A model generated the notes under the pieces. That model was not told the origin of the DNA, ran no database searches, and saw only the letters and a program-made list of their open reading frames with translations. 64,000 nucleotides of DNA, from positions 96,001 through 160,000 of the forward strand of contig DAHVQG010000002.1 in the NCBI GenBank assembly GCA_027317865.1, written 5' to 3'. This DNA is from Bdellovibrionales bacterium. Its GTDB lineage: Bacteria; Bdellovibrionota; Bdellovibrionia; Bdellovibrionales; UBA1609. Made by a program: the position numbers and the translations under genes. Below are positions 57,733 to 64,000 of the stretch, in pieces; the first letter of the stretch is position 1, and each line of letters starts with the position of its first letter.

Positions 57733-58689
57733 ATGACCAAACGGGATTGGGCCCTCAATATTGGCACCGTGTGCGGTATTTGGGCGATTGATTTCATTTC
57801 GAAAATGGCAGCTCGCCATTTCATTCATGGTTTGAAATTTTACGGGCCGCTCGGTTTTATTGTTCATTACAACCCCGGCGCAATGCTTGGAACATTTTCG
57901 ACACTGCCCCCGGTTTTGCGAATTGTCTCACTATCGACCGGCGGCGCATTTTTGGTTTTCATTTATTTAGCGCTACAATATTTAATTCCTAAGCAGGCCA
58001 AGAGATTACGCATTGGCATGTCAATTTTGTTAGGTGGGATCTTGGGCAACGTGACCGACCGAATTTTGCGCGGCCGAGTCACGGATTTTATATTATTCAA
58101 CGCTTTTCATCACTTAACTCCAGCATTTAATCTTGCCGACTCCGTTCAGTGGATCGGTTACGCGCTCATCGTTTTTTCATTAATAAAAGACGGGCACTTG
58201 TATTGGCCCGAGTACAATATCCGCCGAAAAATTTGGGTTAACCCCACGTTTCAAATTCGCTTCATCACAATGCTTATGGCTATGGGTTTGGGGTTTGTGC
58301 TCATCAGCGGCGTCTTTTTTTATACCTATTTGAAGGTCAGCATCAACGCACTTGTCGCGGGAGCAATTCCGGTCATCGAGCATCGGTATTTGGTTCCGTT
58401 TTTCATAACTTACGGAGTGATCTCGTGCGGTTTTTTGCTCATTTTATTTATGGTTGGCCGGATCGTCTCGCACCGAACCGCGGGCCCGCTTTACGCTTTC
58501 GAAAAATTTTTGACCGACATATTAGATGGCAAGGATAGAGAACTGAAACTGCGCGAAGCCGACGACTTTCAACATCTCGAAGAACTGGCGCGTAAACTTC
58601 GCAATTACGTTCGGCAGGCAAATGCGAACTCGTCACAGGTGGTATCAAAGGCGAGCAGCGGTGATCTTATTCAAAAAAAACCGTTTTGA
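57733..58689 (+). CDS. lspA: Lipoprotein signal peptidase fused to a 2-TM/HAMP-like C-terminal domain
   Basis: NPGAMLG, GNVTDR, VTDFI and FNLADS motifs in the first ~150 aa, followed by an extra ~165 aa. Confidence 0.88.
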   Translation: MTKRDWALNIGTVCGIWAIDFISKMAARHFIHGLKFYGPLGFIVHYNPGAMLGTFSTLPPVLRIVSLSTGGAFLVFIYLALQYLIPKQAKRLRIGMSILLGGILGNVTDRILRGRVTDFILFNAFHHLTPAFNLADSVQWIGYALIVFSLIKDGHLYWPEYNIRRKIWVNPTFQIRFITMLMAMGLGFVLISGVFFYTYLKVSINALVAGAIPVIEHRYLVPFFITYGVISCGFLLILFMVGRIVSHRTAGPLYAFEKFLTDILDGKDRELKLREADDFQHLEELARKLRNYVRQANANSSQVVSKASSGDLIQKKPF

Positions 58690-59490
58690 TACGGTGTCAC
58701 CTTCGTCACACGCCACGAAAAAATCACCATTCGGATTTCGAACAAGTCCCACCGGGTGAACGGTACGCGAAACTCCGGGACGCGAACCTCCAGAATAAAT
58801 GATTTGTACATCTTTGTGAGCTTCAAGCGCCTCGACTAGCACTCCATAAACCGCATGGCTGCGCAAATCGGCTACCGAATAATGTGACCACATAAGGGGC
58901 ACCGATTGATAATCTAAAAGCGTGGCAATTGTGGCATCGGAGCCCACTTTATCAAAACATTTTAGGGCGACCGACAAACATGCCCGGGCATCATCGAGCG
59001 CGCGATGTGCCGTGCCCTGAATCAACTGAAAATATTGAATCAAAGTCTGAAGCCTATGATTGGGCGCATTTGAAAAAGCTTTGCGCGATAGTAGGCTCGA
59101 ACAAAAAACGGCGCGCTTAGGTAAGGCCAATCGAACCCGCTCCATTTCGATGGCTAAAAAACCCATATCAAAAGGCGCGTGGTGCGCCACTAGAAATCCG
59201 TCGGCGATAAATTTATGAAAATCTAAAACGGCGGTTTCGACCGATGGCGCCCCATTCAGCATTTCGTTGGTGATATGGTGGATCGCAATCACCTCTTCGC
59301 CCATTGGCACGCGAACCCGCACCAAGGTTTGAAATTCATCGACGATTTGGCCGTTTCTCCATTTTGCCGCCGCAATTTCGCAAATTTCAGACGACAGTGG
59401 ATACTTACCGGACGTTTCGATATCAAAACCAATTAGGGTTGAATCTCGCCACAATCCCTGATCGTCATCTCGGGAAGCTTTTAGTGTCAA
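58645..59490 (-). CDS. DEDDh 3'-5' exonuclease (DnaQ-like) with C-terminal WYL domain
   Basis: FDIETSG, AHHAPFD and HRALDDA exonuclease motifs. C-terminal IIYSGGS..SRTVHP..FFVAC..KRFFLNKI is WYL-like. Start uncertain (TTG 59490). Confidence 0.85.
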   Translation of the reverse strand: MTLKASRDDDQGLWRDSTLIGFDIETSGKYPLSSEICEIAAAKWRNGQIVDEFQTLVRVRVPMGEEVIAIHHITNEMLNGAPSVETAVLDFHKFIADGFLVAHHAPFDMGFLAIEMERVRLALPKRAVFCSSLLSRKAFSNAPNHRLQTLIQYFQLIQGTAHRALDDARACLSVALKCFDKVGSDATIATLLDYQSVPLMWSHYSVADLRSHAVYGVLVEALEAHKDVQIIYSGGSRPGVSRTVHPVGLVRNPNGDFFVACDEGDTVSKRFFLNKITAARL

Positions 59491-60382
59491 CGCCTTGCAC
59501 TTTCTGCGTAAGTTGATTGACGAAGTTGTCGTAAATCGGGTTGCCAATTGAATTGCCGTCGCTGTTTGCTGTTCCGCTGGCTGCGCCACTTGCAGATTTT
59601 GAATTCGAATCAGATGCCCCTGGGGGCGGAATAACCGTCGGCTTCTTTTTCATCCGAACCACAAAATGAACCATCCCTTGCGCCCCGGGCTTGGTCAAGA
59701 CTGTGCTTTTGCCGAACACATCAACTCCTTGATTTATGATGCCTTGTTCAACTTTATCTGAGAGAAGGTCAAGGCGCGCGTCGGCGATATTTTTATATGT
59801 TTGCCACGGCCCTGAACGAAACGGCACTTCGGAATTGATATATATCTTGGCATCTTTCAAACCTTCTACAATTTGGCGTATGCGCTCCATAATCGAAACG
59901 TACTTTCGCGCTGGGTTAGCCGATTGCGGGAGGAAAAGTTCTTTGGCTGGAATTTCAAAACTAATTTGCCTGCTTGTAACCGTCATATGCTTGGCGTACT
60001 GGCCTACTTTATTTTCGAGAAAACTCATCTCCACTTTGGCCATTCCTAATTCGAGAACGTTCGGTTGATGATCAGCCGGGATGATAAAGTCTTGTACCGC
60101 CTTAAGCGGATCATTCATCAAATCAAGAAATAGTTTTTTGAGAGTCAGCTCAGCGCCGAAATTTTGGTAATCGTATTCGATGATTGAAGGGGTCGAAAAA
60201 TATTCAGAAACATTTTTTTTGACCTGAGGGCTTTGGTTTACAAGCCACATAACGAGAAAAAATGCCATCATGGAGGTCATAAAATCGGCGAAGGCGACCT
60301 TCCACGAGCCACCGTGACCGCCCGCTTGGGTCACGGTCACCTTTTTGATAACGATGGTAGTCTTTTTCTCGTTAGCTGGCAT
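59465..60382 (-). CDS. motB: Flagellar stator protein MotB (divergent C-terminus)
   Basis: HGGSWKVAFADFMTSMMAFFLVMWL with the essential Asp. Follows motA. Confidence 0.92.
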   Translation of the reverse strand: MPANEKKTTIVIKKVTVTQAGGHGGSWKVAFADFMTSMMAFFLVMWLVNQSPQVKKNVSEYFSTPSIIEYDYQNFGAELTLKKLFLDLMNDPLKAVQDFIIPADHQPNVLELGMAKVEMSFLENKVGQYAKHMTVTSRQISFEIPAKELFLPQSANPARKYVSIMERIRQIVEGLKDAKIYINSEVPFRSGPWQTYKNIADARLDLLSDKVEQGIINQGVDVFGKSTVLTKPGAQGMVHFVVRMKKKPTVIPPPGASDSNSKSASGAASGTANSDGNSIGNPIYDNFVNQLTQKVQGVDTKSFPR

Positions 60383-61245
60383 TATGCCGCCGCCTTCTTC
60401 GTTTCTTTAGTCGCCGTATCCATTTCTTCAAACGATGGGCGCACCCCAGGATAAATACTTCGGCGTGCAAACTCGACACAAACTAGCGGGGGCGCACCTC
60501 TTTGCAGTGCCACCATCGCCGCTTTAATCGCATTGAGATAACGACCTTGATCTTCGATATCGGACGCGATTTTATTGGCGGTCGGTCCGACAAAGCCGTA
60601 ACACATCAAAACGCCCAAGAAGGTTCCAACAAGAGCCGCACCGACAAGTTCACCAATTTTTTCAACACCGGCGGTCAAGTAACTCATCGTATGAACGACC
60701 CCCAAAACGGCGGCCACAATTCCGAGACCGGGTAAACTGTCGGCTACGTTTTGAAGCGCGTGTTGGCATTTGTGTTCCTCTTCGTGCATGACCTTGATGT
60801 CGTTGTCGAGCAGATCGTCGACGTCGTACTGCGAGAGATCGGCCGAAAGAGTGATTTTCATCGTATCGCAAAGAAATTCCACCGCATGATGATTTTTTAG
60901 AAAATTGGGGAACGCTTTGAAAATCTCCGACGCTTCGGGCTCTTCAATGTGTTTTTCAACCGCTTGAGGTCCATCTTTACGAAAAATTTGAAACAGTTGA
61001 AACATCATGATGAGAAGCTCTAAATAGGCTTTTTTGTCGGGGCCTTTGCCGAACATGGCCGAAATGCCGAGCTTTATCGACTGCTTAATTGTCGACATGG
61101 GGTTTGCAATAACGAATCCGCCGATCGCGGCCCCGCCGATAATCATCGCTTCGAAGGGTTGAATCAAAGAATGCAGCAAACCACCTTCAAATAGGTAGCC
61201 GCCGAACACGCAAACTAAGACAACTACACCACCGATAACACCCAT
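60382..61245 (-). CDS. motA: Flagellar stator protein MotA
   Basis: VFGGY, QPFE.MIIGGAA, EKHIEEP, PGLGIVAAVLG, ALVGTFLG and VEFARR motifs. Confidence 0.97.
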   Translation of the reverse strand: MGVIGGVVVLVCVFGGYLFEGGLLHSLIQPFEAMIIGGAAIGGFVIANPMSTIKQSIKLGISAMFGKGPDKKAYLELLIMMFQLFQIFRKDGPQAVEKHIEEPEASEIFKAFPNFLKNHHAVEFLCDTMKITLSADLSQYDVDDLLDNDIKVMHEEEHKCQHALQNVADSLPGLGIVAAVLGVVHTMSYLTAGVEKIGELVGAALVGTFLGVLMCYGFVGPTANKIASDIEDQGRYLNAIKAAMVALQRGAPPLVCVEFARRSIYPGVRPSFEEMDTATKETKKAAA

Positions 61246-61264
61246 AAATACGCCTCCAGTATCT

Positions 61265-61292
61265 CTATCGGCAGCATCATTTGATGGATGTA
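61265..61292 (-). promoter_or_regulatory. Putative sigma28 (FliA) promoter for motAB
   Basis: The minus strand reads TACA-N16-GCCGATAG, followed by a GGAGG SD and the motA ATG. Confidence 0.55.
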
Positions 61293-61316
61293 GTGAAATT
61301 TGCTACCAATTTGGCC

Positions 61317-62108
61317 ATGACCCGGGCGCCCATTATTTTTATTCGCGGCTTTAATAGCTATTCCAGAGAAGACCTGCGCTTTGGACCGCTCAACCTTGGT
61401 CCTGTACATCGTCACCTTCAGCCAGAATTTGAGAAACACGGGTACCGTTTTATCGCGCTTGAACGGATGGGCTTTGGTCCGCTAGACGAACAAATAGAGC
61501 GCGCTCAAAAACAGATTTTGCCCTTACGGTTAGGGGCAAGCTTTCATTTGCTTGGTCACTCTACCGGCGGGGTGATCGCGCGTGGACTTGCACACGCACT
61601 TCAAAATTCCCAAAGAGTATTAAGTGTCACAACAATTGTTTCGCCTCACCGCGGGTCAACGCTTGCTGATCAGGCGGAATGTTTTCAAGCCGCTCACCCG
61701 TTTTGGTATCGGTTTTGGAAGTCCGCCGGTTACGATGTGGCGGCGCGAGTGCCACTCCTTGAGCCAATGAAAGTTAAGGCGATGGCGGAATTTAATGAAA
61801 AATATCCCAATTTGCCAAACGTTCAATATGCGTCTATTGTCTCGGGCGCACCGCTTAAAACACTCCCTCTTTTAATGCGCATGATCGGTCAGTTTGCAGC
61901 AAATTCAAACGAAGATACGGACGGAGTCGTTGAAAAAGCATCACAACCATGGGGAGAAATCATCGGAGACTTTGTGGCTGATCACGGCGCGATTATCGGA
62001 TTTCGAACTATGCTCTCACCGCGCTCTTACGAAAAAACGCAGCTCGAATTTAGAAATGCTGTTGAACAAATAAACCGCTTTTACTCTCGCGTAGAGGACT
62101 TGCAATGA
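61317..62108 (+). CDS. Alpha/beta hydrolase, lipase family I-like
   Basis: GHSTGG nucleophile elbow, SPHRGS, DGVV and DH triad. No signal peptide. Start probably ATG 61317. Confidence 0.88.
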   Translation: MTRAPIIFIRGFNSYSREDLRFGPLNLGPVHRHLQPEFEKHGYRFIALERMGFGPLDEQIERAQKQILPLRLGASFHLLGHSTGGVIARGLAHALQNSQRVLSVTTIVSPHRGSTLADQAECFQAAHPFWYRFWKSAGYDVAARVPLLEPMKVKAMAEFNEKYPNLPNVQYASIVSGAPLKTLPLLMRMIGQFAANSNEDTDGVVEKASQPWGEIIGDFVADHGAIIGFRTMLSPRSYEKTQLEFRNAVEQINRFYSRVEDLQ

Positions 62109-63898
62109 CGTCACGTGCTCGTTTCTTATCGCTCATTACCGTTACGCTATTATCATTTTCGTTTTTACCCGCGGTTCTATTGTTAGCGCCAACGGCTCGT
62201 GCAAAATCAACAACCAACTCGGCAATACCCGATACTTCACCGTTAAAAGTCGACCAAGTTGTTTTTACCCCCCAAACACCTAAACCCGGGCAAATAGTAC
62301 AAGTCGCTATCGAGTTTCATATTGCAACCGGCTATCACGCATACGTAAGACAATTCCGGCTCAAACTCGCAAACAATAAGACTCTTAAATTGAGCAAATT
62401 ACACGTGCAACCGACGTACGTGTTTATGGATCCCGTCACCCATCGACCGAGATTAGCCGCAAAAAATCGCGCGCAAATTATTAGCCTCCTTGATCTTCCG
62501 CCGAATATTTCGGGCGGTTCACTACCGCTTGATATGCAACTTACGTATCAAGCTTGTGGACCAAAATTTTGCCTGTTCCCGAAAACAATTCCGGTCAAAG
62601 CTTCGCTTGCAATTGCCGGGGCACAAAATTCATTCACCCGAGCTTTAGCAAAAGGGTGGTTTTATGCGCTAATCATCGTCTTTTTTGCCGGAATTTTAAC
62701 GAGCTTCACGCCGTGTATATTCCCGATGATTCCTATTACGCTTGCAATCCTCGGAACTAAAGACTCGGGCAAACGCCAGAGTAAAGCATTTTTACTTAGC
62801 CTATTCTACGTCCTTGGGATTGCCATTACTTATGCAATTTTGGGCCTAATTGCCGCAAAAACTGGCGCCATGTTCGGCTCGCTACTGGGGCGTCCCCTTG
62901 TTGTGGGTGTCATCGCCGCCCTTTTTGTCCTTATGGGACTCAGCATGTATGGGCTTTTTGAAGTGCGGTTACCGGCAGCGCTGACAAATCTGCTCACCAG
63001 ATCAAATCCATCGAACGCAAGCGTGAGTGAAAGAAGAGGTCTTGTCACGGCTTTCGCTTCCGGTCTGGTTGCAGGGGTTGTCGCAAGCCCATGTGTTGGG
63101 CCGGTTCTGATCAGCGTACTTGCCTACGTTGCTCAAAAGCAAAATCCCGTGGCTGGATTTTTCTTGCTTTTCACATTTGCTCTCGGATTTGGCCAACTAT
63201 TTTTGCTTATTGGAACTTTTCAATCGCTTTGGCAAAAGTTACCGCGGTCGGGCCCCTGGATGGAGCAGGTTAAAATTTTATTTGGCACAGTTATGATTGC
63301 GATGGCCTTTTATTACATTCGCCCCGTGACGAGCCCACTACTATTTAACTCCCTTGCGGCGGTTGCCTTGGTTGCCATTGCTGTATTTTTTGGCGCCTTA
63401 TCGCGCAGCAAAGGTTCTCGCGTTCAACGTTATACCGCGCGAGTTTTACTTGTTTTGGGGGTTATTTTTGCCCTCAAAGCCAGCGCTCCGTTTTGGTCAC
63501 CCGTACATTTTAACCCGGGACACACTACTGCTGTCGCTCTCGGCCCGAAATGGGCAATGTATTCGGGCGCTCATTTAGAAAAAGCAGCAGCGGCACATAA
63601 ACCCGTTATTGTCGACTTTCGCGCCGATTGGTGCCTCGCTTGCGCTGAGTTGGCAAAATATACTTTTACTAATCCCGCTGTTCTAAAATTGGGACGGTCT
63701 TTTGTTTGGCTTAAATTTGATGCCACATCGCCGTCACCTGAATTAAATAGACTCCAGAAGAAATACGATATCGCGGGCCTTCCTTATGTCCTCTTTTTCG
63801 CAAAAGACGGCCGATGGGAGCGCAATCTCACCGTGACAGGTTACGAAGATCCGCCGCAATTTCTTAGACACATGAAAACCGCACTCCGAGCTAAATAA
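62105..63898 (+). CDS. dsbD: Thiol:disulfide interchange protein DsbD
   Basis: N-domain YQAC...CLFP, TM domain FTPCIFPMIP and SPCVGP, and thioredoxin domain DFRADWCLAC. Confidence 0.95.
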   Translation: MTSRARFLSLITVTLLSFSFLPAVLLLAPTARAKSTTNSAIPDTSPLKVDQVVFTPQTPKPGQIVQVAIEFHIATGYHAYVRQFRLKLANNKTLKLSKLHVQPTYVFMDPVTHRPRLAAKNRAQIISLLDLPPNISGGSLPLDMQLTYQACGPKFCLFPKTIPVKASLAIAGAQNSFTRALAKGWFYALIIVFFAGILTSFTPCIFPMIPITLAILGTKDSGKRQSKAFLLSLFYVLGIAITYAILGLIAAKTGAMFGSLLGRPLVVGVIAALFVLMGLSMYGLFEVRLPAALTNLLTRSNPSNASVSERRGLVTAFASGLVAGVVASPCVGPVLISVLAYVAQKQNPVAGFFLLFTFALGFGQLFLLIGTFQSLWQKLPRSGPWMEQVKILFGTVMIAMAFYYIRPVTSPLLFNSLAAVALVAIAVFFGALSRSKGSRVQRYTARVLLVLGVIFALKASAPFWSPVHFNPGHTTAVALGPKWAMYSGAHLEKAAAAHKPVIVDFRADWCLACAELAKYTFTNPAVLKLGRSFVWLKFDATSPSPELNRLQKKYDIAGLPYVLFFAKDGRWERNLTVTGYEDPPQFLRHMKTALRAK

Positions 63899-64000
63899 AA
63901 GCCGCCGAGTCATATCGATCTCAAATTGAGACCGTATCAAAATGTAACGTTGAACTGTCATACGATTTTCGCGATTTAGACACCTGTGCCCCGTTCACGT

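Noticed and set aside
59491-59589. Long N-terminal extension of the exonuclease overlapping motB, read as dual coding or a frameshift
   Set aside because: A closer TTG start exists, so the extension is probably an ORF-caller artefact.

Overview
Gene-dense chromosomal window with about 63 CDS and no rRNA, tRNA, CRISPR array, transposase or prophage that I can support. It most likely comes from a Bdellovibrionota (Bdellovibrio-like predator). That assignment is an inference from gene content and order: divIVA-proC-yggS-maf next to a tadC-DUF192-FHA/TPR cluster, a stand-alone motAB, dacB-mltD, and many lineage-type secreted hypotheticals. Housekeeping blocks: sua5, valS, lipA-E2-lpdA-lipB, pssA-asd, truA-rplM-rpsI, tdk-hpt and dsbA/dsbD. 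The dcw cluster is split: mraZ-rsmH-ftsL-ftsI, then a sigma54 activator, xerC and gmhB, then murE-murF-mraY-murD. Main leads: (1) a Tad/Kil-like operon with three membrane FHA proteins that ends in an apparently catalytically dead PP2C-fold protein and abuts a degenerate sulfatase-fold lipoprotein; (2) a Cys-rich FnIII/CFI-box-CTERM surface protein coupled to a beta-barrel gene; (3) LspA-HAMP-like and DnaQ-WYL domain fusions; (4) strongly basic exported proteins, which may indicate an acidophilic predator; (5) clear MraZ boxes and a sigma28-like motAB promoter. All family calls come from motif recognition by eye, with no database searches. Several start codons were adjusted from the ORF track using SD sites and signal peptides.
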